A program made the position numbers and the translations under genes. A stretch of DNA of 64,000 nt from Nitrospirillum amazonense (GTDB taxonomy: Bacteria; Pseudomonadota; Alphaproteobacteria; Azospirillales; Azospirillaceae), in assembly GCF_007827955.1 (NCBI RefSeq), contig NZ_VITR01000004.1, positions 135,099 to 199,098 on the forward strand, in the 5' to 3' direction. The notes under the pieces were generated by a model that was not told where the DNA came from, did not search any database, and worked only from the letters and a program-made list of their open reading frames with translations. Within the stretch, counting starts at the first letter, position 1. The number at the start of each line of letters is the position of its first letter. This document shows, piece by piece, positions 36,747 to 45,694 of the stretch.

Positions 36747-37748
36747 ATGGGTTTGCTGGTTGACGGAGAATGGCGCGACGTCTGGTACGAAACGAAATCG
36801 ACCGGCGGCCGCTTCGTGCGCAAGGACAGCGCGTTCCGCCATTGGGTCACCGCTGACGGCGCCCCTGGACCGGGCGGCGAGGGCGGCTTCGCGGCGGAGC
36901 CCGGCCGCTATCATCTTTATGTCAGCCTCGCCTGCCCTTGGGCGCACCGGACCCTGATCCTGCGCGCGCTGAAGGGGCTGGAGGATGCCATCAGCGTCTC
37001 CGTCGTCCATTGGCGCATGTTGGAACGGGGATGGACCTTTGAGGAGGGCCCGGGCACCGTCCCGGATGCGGTGAACGGCGCTGATGCGCTGTACCAAGTC
37101 TACCAGGCCGCCGACGCACACTACAGCGGGCGGGTCACAGTTCCGGTGTTATGGGACAAACAGCGCCGGACCATCGTGAACAACGAATCCTCCGAAATCC
37201 TGCGCATGTTCAACAGCGCCTTCGACACCGTGGGCGCCCAGCCGGGCGACTATTACCCCGCTGCGCTGCGGCCGGAGATCGACGCGCTGAACGCGCGCAT
37301 CTACGACACCGTCAACAACGGCGTCTACAAGGCGGGCTTCGCCACCAGCCAGGCGGCCTACGAGGAGGCCATCACGCCGCTGTTCGACACGCTGGACTGG
37401 CTGGACGACCGCCTGTCCAGCCGCCGTTTCCTGACCGGCGACCACGTGACGGAGGCGGACATCCGCCTGTTCACCACCCTGGTGCGGTTCGATCCGGTCT
37501 ATGTCGGCCATTTCAAATGCAACATCCGCCGCATCGCCGACTACCCGAACCTGTCGGCCTATCTGCGGGATCTCTACCAACTGCCGGGCGTGTCCGGGAC
37601 CGTGAACTTCCAGCACATCAAGGGCCACTATTACGAAAGCCACCGCACCATCAATCCCACCGGGATCGTCCCCGCGGGCCCGGTGCAGGACCTCACCGCC
37701 CCCCATGGGCGGGAGCGTCTGTCGGGGGCGAACCCGCTGCCGGTGTGA
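36747..37748 (+). CDS. yqjG: Xi-class glutathione transferase (glutathionyl-hydroquinone reductase, YqjG/ECM4-like)
   Basis: CPWAHRTLI active-site motif, GRVTVPVLWD, and a long N-terminal extension typical of Xi-class GSTs. Confidence 0.85.
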   Translation: MGLLVDGEWRDVWYETKSTGGRFVRKDSAFRHWVTADGAPGPGGEGGFAAEPGRYHLYVSLACPWAHRTLILRALKGLEDAISVSVVHWRMLERGWTFEEGPGTVPDAVNGADALYQVYQAADAHYSGRVTVPVLWDKQRRTIVNNESSEILRMFNSAFDTVGAQPGDYYPAALRPEIDALNARIYDTVNNGVYKAGFATSQAAYEEAITPLFDTLDWLDDRLSSRRFLTGDHVTEADIRLFTTLVRFDPVYVGHFKCNIRRIADYPNLSAYLRDLYQLPGVSGTVNFQHIKGHYYESHRTINPTGIVPAGPVQDLTAPHGRERLSGANPLPV

Positions 37749-37848
37749 TCCCGATCCCGAAAAGCAAGCCCCTGGGAACGAACCGGTGCCCAGCAAGCAT
37801 GGGCGTCGACAGTGGGGCGGCGGGCACCGCAGGATGGCATCCGCCCGG

Positions 37849-38547
37849 ATGATCCGAAGAAAGCCCTGCATGCCCGCCGTTCCCCCCAGCGTACCCCACG
37901 CCGACCGCCGCTTCGCCGCCTTCCTGTTCGACATGGACGGCACCTTGGTGGACAGCATCGCCGCCGCCAATCGCGCCTGGTCCCGCTGGGCGGCGCGTCA
38001 TGGTCTGGACCCGGCACCGGTGCTGGCCACCATGCACGGCGTGCGGGCGGTGGAAACCATCCGGCGCTGGAGTCCCCCCGGCACGGATGTGGAGGCGGAG
38101 GCGGCACTGCTGACGCTGGCGGAGATCGAGGATGTGGAGGGGACGGTCGCCATACCCGGCGCGCCCGCTTTCCTGGCAACCCTGCCACCGACGCGCTGGG
38201 CCATCGTCACCTCGGCCCCGCGCGACCTGGCCCTGGCGCGGCTGGGGGCGGCCGGCCTGGCGCCGCCGCCGGTGATCATCACCGCCGACGACGTCAGCCG
38301 GGGCAAACCCGCCCCCGATCCCTTCCTGCTGGCCGCGCGGCGGTTGGAGGTCGCACCGCAGGATTGCCTGGTGTGGGAGGATGCGCCGGCCGGCATCGCG
38401 GCGGGGGAGGCGGCCGGCGCCGCCGTGGCCGTCATTACCGCCACCCATCACGCCCCGCTGGACACCCCCCATCCCACGGTGCCGACCTACGAGCATCTGG
38501 CCGCCGTGGTGGAGGCTGGGCGCCTGCGCGTCACCGCGCGGACCTGA
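37849..38547 (+). CDS. HAD-IA family hydrolase (phosphatase)
   Basis: Motif I FLFDMDGTLVDS. SRGKPAPDP (motif III Lys). WEDAPAGIAAG (motif IV). Start uncertain: ATGs at 37834, 37849 and 37870. Confidence 0.7.
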   Translation: MIRRKPCMPAVPPSVPHADRRFAAFLFDMDGTLVDSIAAANRAWSRWAARHGLDPAPVLATMHGVRAVETIRRWSPPGTDVEAEAALLTLAEIEDVEGTVAIPGAPAFLATLPPTRWAIVTSAPRDLALARLGAAGLAPPPVIITADDVSRGKPAPDPFLLAARRLEVAPQDCLVWEDAPAGIAAGEAAGAAVAVITATHHAPLDTPHPTVPTYEHLAAVVEAGRLRVTART

Positions 38548-39411
38548 TCAGGCCCAAAGGCCAGGTCCCTTTTCCACGATCAGGTCGGCCAGGGCCGCCG
38601 GTGCCCCTTGCAGCCGGCGGCTGCGGCCCAGCACGACGAACTCCACCTCCGCCAACAGGGGCAGGGCGCCGCTGGTCCCCATGTCCACCAGGTCGGAACC
38701 GGGCGCCCGCATCAAAAGCGGCGATTGCGCCATGACCCCCAGGCCAGCCTGGGCGCCGGCGCGCAAGCCCGCCAGCGTCTCGCTGGAGCAGGCGACGAAC
38801 CAGGACCGCCGCGCGCCGTTCAACGCCTCCATCGCCAATGTGCTGGTGATGGAGGCGTTGGGGTAAAGCACCAGGGGCACCGCTTCCTCGCCGCCCAGCG
38901 CGAACTCCCGGTGGGCCAGCCAGGCCAGACGTTCCCGGTGGATCAGCGTGCCGCGATCATCCCCCGGTTGGCGCTTGGCGAACACCAGGTCAAGGCGGCC
39001 GGCATCCAGCTTCTGATACAGCAGGCTGGTCAGCCCCACCGTCAGCTCGACGCTTAGATTAGGATTGGCACGGCCGACGTCGCGCAACAGGTCGGCCAGG
39101 CGCGTCAGGGTCAGGTCGTCCGATACGCCCAGCCGCACCCGGCCGCGCGGCGCGCTATCGGCGAAATAATCCGCCGCCTGGCGGCTGAGTCCCACGATGT
39201 CGCGCGCCAGTTCGGCCAGGACCGTGCCGTCCGCCGTCAGTTCCACGGTGTGGGTGTCACGCTCGAACAGTTGGCGGCCGCAGGCGGCCTCCAGCCGGCG
39301 GATATGCTGGCTGACGGTGGACTGGCTGATACCCAGCGCGGTCCCCGCCGCCGTGAAGTGCCGCGTGTCCGCGACGGCCAGGAAGGTGCGTAACTGGTTG
39401 ATGTCGAACAC
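38548..39411 (-). CDS. LysR family transcriptional regulator
   Basis: N-terminal wHTH MFDINQLRTFLAVADTRHFTAAGTALGISQSTVSQHIRRLE. Divergent from the bicupin gene. Confidence 0.85.
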   Translation of the reverse strand: MFDINQLRTFLAVADTRHFTAAGTALGISQSTVSQHIRRLEAACGRQLFERDTHTVELTADGTVLAELARDIVGLSRQAADYFADSAPRGRVRLGVSDDLTLTRLADLLRDVGRANPNLSVELTVGLTSLLYQKLDAGRLDLVFAKRQPGDDRGTLIHRERLAWLAHREFALGGEEAVPLVLYPNASITSTLAMEALNGARRSWFVACSSETLAGLRAGAQAGLGVMAQSPLLMRAPGSDLVDMGTSGALPLLAEVEFVVLGRSRRLQGAPAALADLIVEKGPGLWA

Positions 39412-39428
39412 CGATCATTCCGCTCAGT

Positions 39429-39441
39429 AATAACTGTTATT
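39429..39441. promoter_or_regulatory. Palindrome AATAAC-T-GTTATT about 20 nt upstream of the LysR start (candidate LysR T-N11-A operator)
   Basis: Perfect 6-6 inverted repeat seen in the sequence cagtAATAACTGTTATTtctg, in the divergent promoter region shared with the bicupin gene. Confidence 0.35.
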
Positions 39442-39620
39442 TCTGCACATCGTCCGCAGACCTATCCATATTGGGCGTGTCGGCAGCAAGTCATTGGAAT
39501 TGATGACCGCTGGCCCGGCGACAAATCGTCCCAGAAGAACATGGCGGCCCTTAACCCGCCCGCGCCCCTGCTCTGGGTTCGGCGGAAGGGCACTGCCCTG
39601 CCTTGCCCGAGGTATCCCTC

Positions 39621-40877
39621 ATGACAGATTTCACCAGGCGCAACATCATCGCGGCCGGCGCCGTCGCCGCCGCAGCAGCGGCGGCAAATTCCGCCGGCGC
39701 CGCCACCTTCGGCAACCCCGACCGCCCGGCCCAGGGCCGCGTCAACCTCAGCAACCCCATCGCCGGTCAGGAACCGGGGCCGCAAAATCCGGCCCTGGCC
39801 AACCAGTTCCCCTCTTTCCAGGACCCGCCCGCCACCGATGTGGCCGGCATGGACCTGTTCTGGGCCTCCTTCAACAACGCGCACAAGCGCATCCAGGATG
39901 GCGGTTGGGCGCGCGAGGTGACGCAAGCCGACTTCGCCATTTCCGAGGCGGTGTCGGGCGTGAACATGCGTCTGGGGCCGGGGGGCGTGCGTGAGCTGCA
40001 CTGGCACCAGCAGGCCGAATGGGCGGTGATGACCGATGGCAAGTGCCGCATCACCGTCATTGACGCCGACGGCCGGCCGGCCGTGCGCGACGTGAAGGAG
40101 GGGGACCTGTGGTACTTCCCGCCGGGCCTGCCGCACTCCCTGCAAGGGATCGGGACCAGCGGCGGCGAGTTCACCCTGGTGTTCGACAACGGCCGCGCGT
40201 CGGAGTTCAACACCCTGCTGCTGACGGAATGGATGGCCCACACCCCGCCCGAGGTCCTGGCCGATAATTTCGGTCTGCCGCAGAGCGCCTTCAAGAACAT
40301 CCCCGTTGATGACCTCTGGATCTACCAGGCCAAGGACCCGATCCCGCCGCTGGAAGAGGTGCAGAAGGCCGTGCGTTCGCCGGATGGTGAGCCGGAGTTC
40401 GAGTTCACCTTCTCCATGGGTTCCATGAAGCCCACCCGCGTCACCAAGGGCGGCTCGGTCAAGGTGGTGGACACCCGCAACTTCCCCGTCAGCAAGACCA
40501 TCGCCGCCGCGCTGGTCACCATCAAGCCGGGCGGGCTGCGCGAGCTGCATTGGCACCCCAACGCCGACGAGTGGCAGTATTACCTGAAGGGGCAGGGCCG
40601 CATGACGGTGTTCAACACCGGCCCGCGCGCCCAGACGGCCGACTTCCGCCCCGGTGACCTGGGCTACGTCAAGAAAAGCTTTGGCCATTACGTCCAGAAC
40701 ACCGGCACCGAAGACCTTGTGTTCCTGGAGATCTTCAAGGCCGACCGCTTCCAGGAGGTGTCGCTGGCGCAATGGCTGGCCTGCACGCCGCCGGAACTGG
40801 TGGCCCAGCATACCAACATGGACCCCAACCTGATCCGGCAGTTCAACAAGGCCCGTTGGGACATCCTGCCGGCCTAA
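39621..40877 (+). CDS. Bicupin oxalate decarboxylase/oxidase family protein with Tat signal
   Basis: Twin-arginine signal (MTDFTRRNIIAAGAVAAAAAAANSAGA). Two cupin domains with RELHWHxxAEW / RELHWHPNADEW Mn-binding motifs. Confidence 0.8.
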   Translation: MTDFTRRNIIAAGAVAAAAAAANSAGAATFGNPDRPAQGRVNLSNPIAGQEPGPQNPALANQFPSFQDPPATDVAGMDLFWASFNNAHKRIQDGGWAREVTQADFAISEAVSGVNMRLGPGGVRELHWHQQAEWAVMTDGKCRITVIDADGRPAVRDVKEGDLWYFPPGLPHSLQGIGTSGGEFTLVFDNGRASEFNTLLLTEWMAHTPPEVLADNFGLPQSAFKNIPVDDLWIYQAKDPIPPLEEVQKAVRSPDGEPEFEFTFSMGSMKPTRVTKGGSVKVVDTRNFPVSKTIAAALVTIKPGGLRELHWHPNADEWQYYLKGQGRMTVFNTGPRAQTADFRPGDLGYVKKSFGHYVQNTGTEDLVFLEIFKADRFQEVSLAQWLACTPPELVAQHTNMDPNLIRQFNKARWDILPA

Positions 40878-40937
40878 GGCTCACCCGCATCTTCCACATT
40901 CTTCGCCATCCCCCGCGCGCCTTTTTGCGGGCGGGGG

Positions 40938-41441
40938 ATGGCGACCTTGGGGAATCCGACCATGCAGAACGTTCTGCCGGCCTGGCGCCAATTCCTGATC
41001 TTCCAGTCTCCGCACCAGCTGCTGTCCTACACGGCGGGTACCGGGGCGAGCATCGCCGCCGGGCTTTTCCTGTTCGTGGGCCTGCCCCGGCTGCTGGGGC
41101 AACAGACCATTCCGCCTGACATCCTGGCGGGGACGCTGGCCTTCTGCCTCGCCGTGTCGCTGCGGGTGCCGTACGAGGTGCAGCCCCTCCGCTGGCGCGT
41201 CACCGTCGCCTTCCCCGACCTGATGGCGGACCGCATCGCCCGCATCCTGGCCGGGATCGACTACCTGCCGGACGACCGGTCGCAGGGGAGGACCCTCTAC
41301 CGCTTGGCCTTGCCCCGGTCGCTGGCCTGGCTGCGGTGGCGGGAGTGCGCGGTCGAGGTGCGCGTCCAGGGTGGTGACATCACGATCACCGGTGCCCGCA
41401 TCGCCGTACGCCATGTGCAACGGGCGTTGCGACAGGCGTGA
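40938..41441 (+). CDS. Hypothetical membrane protein, paralog A of a tandem pair
   Basis: Shares conserved blocks with the next gene (WRQFLIFQS..QLLSY; DILAG; GRTLYRL; AVEVRVQGGDITITGARIAV). 1-2 hydrophobic helices, then a soluble C-terminal domain. Confidence 0.5.
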   Translation: MATLGNPTMQNVLPAWRQFLIFQSPHQLLSYTAGTGASIAAGLFLFVGLPRLLGQQTIPPDILAGTLAFCLAVSLRVPYEVQPLRWRVTVAFPDLMADRIARILAGIDYLPDDRSQGRTLYRLALPRSLAWLRWRECAVEVRVQGGDITITGARIAVRHVQRALRQA

Positions 41442-41586
41442 GGGCCGGCGGGCGGCTGCCGCTCAAGCAAGCGCCATTTCGCCGCATGGGGTTGAGACGT
41501 TTGAGTGCTTGTCTCCGCGCCGTCCCCACGCCACAGTTGTGGAAAGTTCAGGGACGCGATCGCACAGGACGGATCGTCTGGCCATT

Positions 41587-42105
41587 ATGGAAGCCCCGAC
41601 CACCATACACTGTCTCATGCCGCCGTGGCGGCGGGTCCTGCTCTTCCAGTCATTCCGCCAATTCCTGAGCTATGTCGCCTGCGTGTCCGCCTCCACCCTG
41701 GCCGGCATGCTGATCCTCAACGGTCTGACGCAGCTTCGCGGCCATGATCCTCTGCCCGTGGATATCATCGCCTGGACAGTTATAGGCTCGCTCATCGGCT
41801 CCTTGCGACTGGCGTACCGGGTCATGCCCTGCCAATGGCGGCTAGCCGCCGCACGTCCCGGCATCATTTTCAACAGGGCTCCCGACATCCTGGCAGGCAT
41901 CCGGTATCAGGCCACCGAACACACCGCTGGCCGCACCCTCTATCGTCTGTCGGTACCCTGGTATATGAGATGGCCGGATTCTGGGGAAAATGCGGTGGAA
42001 CTGCGCGTCGAGGGCCCCGATGTCGTCATCACCGGGGCCCGTGTCGCCGTAGCCCGTCTGCGGAACGCCTTGGGTTATGATGACCTGGTGTTATCGCCCC
42101 CCTGA
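41587..42105 (+). CDS. Hypothetical membrane protein, paralog B of a tandem pair
   Basis: WRRVLLFQS..QFLSY; DILAG; GRTLYRL; AVELRVEGPDVVITGARVAV are collinear with paralog A. ATG at 41587 (the track ORF begins at 41371). Confidence 0.5.
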   Translation: MEAPTTIHCLMPPWRRVLLFQSFRQFLSYVACVSASTLAGMLILNGLTQLRGHDPLPVDIIAWTVIGSLIGSLRLAYRVMPCQWRLAAARPGIIFNRAPDILAGIRYQATEHTAGRTLYRLSVPWYMRWPDSGENAVELRVEGPDVVITGARVAVARLRNALGYDDLVLSPP

Positions 42106-42137
42106 ACGCCAGGAGCGTTTGGGGGCGTCCAAGGTCA

Positions 42138-42458
42138 TCACGGGCGCGACGCTATCGGCTTGGCACCTACGGCCCAGCGTTCCGGGAAATCATCGGCCCG
42201 CAGTTTGGGTAGGAAGGCCCGGGTGTCATAGTCGACCAGCCGATGGACATGGAAGGAATCCCGGCTGAGGAGGTCGGCCACTTCTTCCTGATCCCGGCAG
42301 TGGAGCAGGACGACGCCCCCGCTGCCGTCTTCCAGTGGTCCCGCGGCGATGAGGTGGCCGGCATGGCCCAAGGCGACCAGCCAGTCGCGGTGGGTGTCGA
42401 GGTGCGGGTTGATGTCCTCGACGGGGCGGCGATAGGTCAGGGTGACCGCGTAAATCAT
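42138..42458 (-). CDS. YciI-like (Dabb-fold) protein
   Basis: MIYAVTLTYRRPVEDINPHLDTHRDWL...AGPLEDGSGGVVLL pattern of the YciI family. ATG at 42458. Confidence 0.55.
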   Translation of the reverse strand: MIYAVTLTYRRPVEDINPHLDTHRDWLVALGHAGHLIAAGPLEDGSGGVVLLHCRDQEEVADLLSRDSFHVHRLVDYDTRAFLPKLRADDFPERWAVGAKPIASRP

Positions 42459-42486
42459 GATGTTTCCTCGCGATGGAACGGGAAGG

Positions 42487-43104
42487 TCAGGCGGCGGCGA
42501 CGATATTGGCGATGCCGGCACGCGCCGCGCTCATGGCCCGGGTGCGGGCCTCCGGTCCCCGGCTCATCCCCTCGGCTCGCAGGATTTCAACGTCGTGGAT
42601 GCCCATGAAGCCGAAAACCGCCTTCAGGTAACTTTCCTGGAAGTCCAGGGCGGCAAGAGGGGTGTTCTCATAGAACCCGCCCCGGGTGGAAACGACGATG
42701 ACACGCCGCCCGCCGCCCAGGCCGATGGGCCCCGTGGCTGTGTATTTGAAGGTGCGCGCGGGTTGAACGACGCGGTCGATCCAGGCCTTCAACTGTGTCG
42801 GGATCGAGAAATTATACATCGGCGCGCCAATGACGATGATGTCGCTGGTCAGCAGTTCCTGCACAAGGTCGGCGGAACGCTTGTGTTCCGCCAGCGTGGC
42901 GGTATCGAAGGTGGCAAGGCCGATCTCGCGGAAGCCAGCGGCGATGGGGGCATCCAGATGCGGGATCGCGTGCCGGACAAGATCGCGGCGAACCACGTCG
43001 GCGCCGGGATGCCGGTCCCGCAGCGCCGTGACCAGGGCCGCCGACAGGTCGCGGGATCCCGACGTGTCGTTCATGAAGCTGGAATCGATGTGCAGGATGC
43101 GCAT
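42487..43104 (-). CDS. azoR: FMN-dependent NADH-azoreductase
   Basis: MRILHIDSS...; IVIGAPMYNFSIPTQLKAWIDRV is the flavodoxin-like AzoR/AcpD signature. Confidence 0.85.
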   Translation of the reverse strand: MRILHIDSSFMNDTSGSRDLSAALVTALRDRHPGADVVRRDLVRHAIPHLDAPIAAGFREIGLATFDTATLAEHKRSADLVQELLTSDIIVIGAPMYNFSIPTQLKAWIDRVVQPARTFKYTATGPIGLGGGRRVIVVSTRGGFYENTPLAALDFQESYLKAVFGFMGIHDVEILRAEGMSRGPEARTRAMSAARAGIANIVAAA

Positions 43105-43184
43105 GGTGCTCTCCAGTGGATTGGGCATGCGCTGAAAATAGCGTCCTCCTCACCGTTCCATTAGCCGCTTATGTCAGGATATAT

Positions 43185-43202
43185 TGTCCTATAGATAGGA
43201 CA
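43185..43202. promoter_or_regulatory. Palindrome TGTCCTAT-ag-ATAGGACA in azoR/LysR divergent region (candidate LysR operator)
   Basis: Perfect 8-bp inverted repeat about 24 nt upstream of the LysR GTG start and about 80 nt upstream of azoR. Confidence 0.4.
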
Positions 43203-43225
43203 GTTTCCGGGTATGGGAGGCGGTT

Positions 43226-44164
43226 GTGGAGGACCTGAACGATCTGGCCTTTTTCGCCGCCGTGGCGTCACACGGCAGCTTTTCCGCCGCGGCACTGGCC
43301 CTGGGCGTTCCGAAGTCGAAGGTCAGCCGGCGGGTGGCTGAGCTGGAGGCGCGGCTGGGGGTGAGGTTGCTGCAGCGATCGACACGCGCGGTGCAAATGA
43401 CGGCCGTGGGGCTAGCCTTTCATACGCATTGCCTTGCGATGACCCAGGCGGCACGGGCGGCGCTGGAACTGGCGGAGCAGGCCAATGAACAGCCCTCCGG
43501 GCGCCTGCGGATAAGCAGCCCCATCGGGGTGGCGCATTTGTTCCTGGCGCCGGTGCTGGCCAAGTTCATGCGGATGCATCCCGCGGTCCAGGTGGAACTG
43601 GACCTGACCAACCGCCGGGTCGATGTCATCGGCGAAGGCGTCGACATCGCCCTGCGCATCCGGTCCAGCCTTGAGGATTCCCATCTCGTGATGCGTCGCC
43701 TGGGCTCCAGCCCCCAGCTGCTGGTGGCAAGTCCGTCCTTCATTCAACGGAACGGCCCCTTCGACGCCCCGGCGGCCCTGAGCGGCGTCACCGGTCTAGG
43801 CCCCGCCGGCGTGAGGGGGGAGCGCAACTTCTGGCACCTCAAGGCGCCCAACGGGATGGGGGTGGAGGTGGAATATGTGCCTGCCCTTATCACCGACGAC
43901 GTCCAGATATTGGAACAAGCCACGACGGCGGGTTTGGGCGTGGCCCAGCTGCCTGCCCATCTTTGCGGGCCCGCGCTGGCCGACGGGCGCTTGGCGGTGC
44001 TCCTGCCGGACCACCGAATGGCGCCTCATGAGCTTCATGCCGTCTTTCCGTCCCGCCGGGGCATGGTGCCGGCGGTGCGGGCCTTCCTCGATTTCCTGGC
44101 TGAGGAGATGCCGGCGATGATGGAGGGGGCCGTCTTTGATGATGGGGCGCGTGCGCCAAACTAA
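43226..44164 (+). CDS. LysR family transcriptional regulator
   Basis: wHTH LNDLAFFAAVASHGSFSAAALALGVPKSKVSRRVAELE. GTG start. Confidence 0.85.
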   Translation: MEDLNDLAFFAAVASHGSFSAAALALGVPKSKVSRRVAELEARLGVRLLQRSTRAVQMTAVGLAFHTHCLAMTQAARAALELAEQANEQPSGRLRISSPIGVAHLFLAPVLAKFMRMHPAVQVELDLTNRRVDVIGEGVDIALRIRSSLEDSHLVMRRLGSSPQLLVASPSFIQRNGPFDAPAALSGVTGLGPAGVRGERNFWHLKAPNGMGVEVEYVPALITDDVQILEQATTAGLGVAQLPAHLCGPALADGRLAVLLPDHRMAPHELHAVFPSRRGMVPAVRAFLDFLAEEMPAMMEGAVFDDGARAPN

Positions 44165-44952
44165 CCCGCCTGTGCGGCCCTTTCCACCAGCCGCACCACG
44201 TCGTCGGCATGCGAAATCAGCGACATATGGCTGGAGGTGACAGTCACCACCGACGCCTTCATGCGCTGGGCCATCCACGACTGCAGTTCAGGCGCCAGGG
44301 CGCGATCATCCTGGGACAGCAGATACCAGGACGGTTTATCACGCCAAGCCGCCCCTGATAATTTTTCCGCGAAGCAGCGCCCTGCCACGGGCTGCTGCGT
44401 GGCGGCCAGCAACTGCGCCCTTTCAGGATGCACGTCAGCCGCCAGCGCGTCATGATAGGCGCCGGGATCGAACCAAAGCAGACCGTCCGCGTCCGGCTTC
44501 GCCCCCTGCATCCCTGGGGAGGGAGGGCCATGGCGTTGCAGGTCCATCACCGCCTCGCCCTGATCGGGCGCCAGCGCTGAAACATAAACCAAGGCGGCGA
44601 CATTCGGGTCGGTGCCCGCCTCGGTAATGACCGCGCCCCCCCAGCTGTGTCCAACCAGGACGACCGGGCCATCCTGCCGCTTCAACACACGGCGGGTGGC
44701 GGCGACGTCGTCGGCCAGGGAGGTGAGGGGGTTTTGGACCGCCGTGACCGTATAGCCCAGGGCTTGAAGGCGGACGATGACCTCCGCCCAACTCGATCCA
44801 TCGGCGAAGGCGCCATGAACCAGGACGACGTTTTTAATCTTTGCCATGGATGCGATCCCTGAATGGGCGGGGCTTCGCCCCGCGGCGGTAAGACCCGCGG
44901 CCGCCGCGGTGGCGGCAAGGATCGTGCGGCGACTGAAGCCCATCCGCATCAT
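44161..44952 (-). CDS. Alpha/beta hydrolase with Tat-type signal
   Basis: RRTILAATAAAAG signal. HGAFADGSSW; nucleophile elbow GHSWGG. Confidence 0.75.
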   Translation of the reverse strand: MMRMGFSRRTILAATAAAAGLTAAGRSPAHSGIASMAKIKNVVLVHGAFADGSSWAEVIVRLQALGYTVTAVQNPLTSLADDVAATRRVLKRQDGPVVLVGHSWGGAVITEAGTDPNVAALVYVSALAPDQGEAVMDLQRHGPPSPGMQGAKPDADGLLWFDPGAYHDALAADVHPERAQLLAATQQPVAGRCFAEKLSGAAWRDKPSWYLLSQDDRALAPELQSWMAQRMKASVVTVTSSHMSLISHADDVVRLVERAAQAG

Positions 44953-45593
44953 TGGGCGCGGATGTCGGCGATCAGGGCTTCGACAAGGCCGAACAGGGCG
45001 TCCGCCTTCAGACGTCGCCGGGTGGAGCCTTCGCCGACAAGCAGGGCGGGAACCCCCTCAAGGTTGAAGGCGTGCATGTCGGCGCGACTGGCGGCGATAC
45101 GCTGGTGATAGGCCGACACCAGCGCCTCATCGGGCGCCGTCAGGCGTCGTGCCGCCTCATGCAGCCCGAGGTCCGCCAGAATGTTGGCCAAGATCGGCAG
45201 GTCGGTATTGTCCCGGCCATCGACATAGCGCGCCTGTTGCATCGCCTTGAGCGCGTCAAATTCCTGGTCCGGCCGCGTGAGATGCACGGCGGTCAAGGCC
45301 AAGGTCGCCGGGGCGGAGTCCAGCAGGGCACGACGGTCACCCAATACCTTGGTCCGATAGCGGTCGCTGAACGGCAACCCGGTCAGGCGGGCGATGCGCT
45401 GGTCGTTGGCCCAGGCATAGGTGGCGAACCCGTCGTCCAGCGGGCGGGCACCCTCGCCCGCGAACAGGCCGGTGGGGGCCAGCACCAGCGCGATATCGGG
45501 CCGCGCGCGTATCTGGTCCAACGCCGCCGAGGCGCCGTAGCACCAGCCGCACAAGGGATCGAACAAATAGGTAAGGGGGATTCGAGGGGGCAA
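44949..45593 (-). CDS. DsbA-like thioredoxin-fold protein
   Basis: FDPLCGWCYG active-site CxxC in a DSBA-like context. Overlaps the downstream hydrolase by 4 nt. Confidence 0.7.
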   Translation of the reverse strand: MPPRIPLTYLFDPLCGWCYGASAALDQIRARPDIALVLAPTGLFAGEGARPLDDGFATYAWANDQRIARLTGLPFSDRYRTKVLGDRRALLDSAPATLALTAVHLTRPDQEFDALKAMQQARYVDGRDNTDLPILANILADLGLHEAARRLTAPDEALVSAYHQRIAASRADMHAFNLEGVPALLVGEGSTRRRLKADALFGLVEALIADIRAQ

Positions 45594-45694
45594 TCTAAGT
45601 CTCCTTCCGTCCAGGATAGGAGGATTGATTGAAACGGAAAGTCGAGATAATGATACAGAGTGTATGTCACTAGCTTACAATATGGGTTCAGTTC

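Noticed and set aside
37812-38735. 307-aa Gly/Arg/Pro-rich plus-strand ORF overlapping the HAD hydrolase and LysR genes
   Set aside because: Composition typical of an out-of-frame read of GC-rich coding DNA. It overlaps two motif-supported genes.
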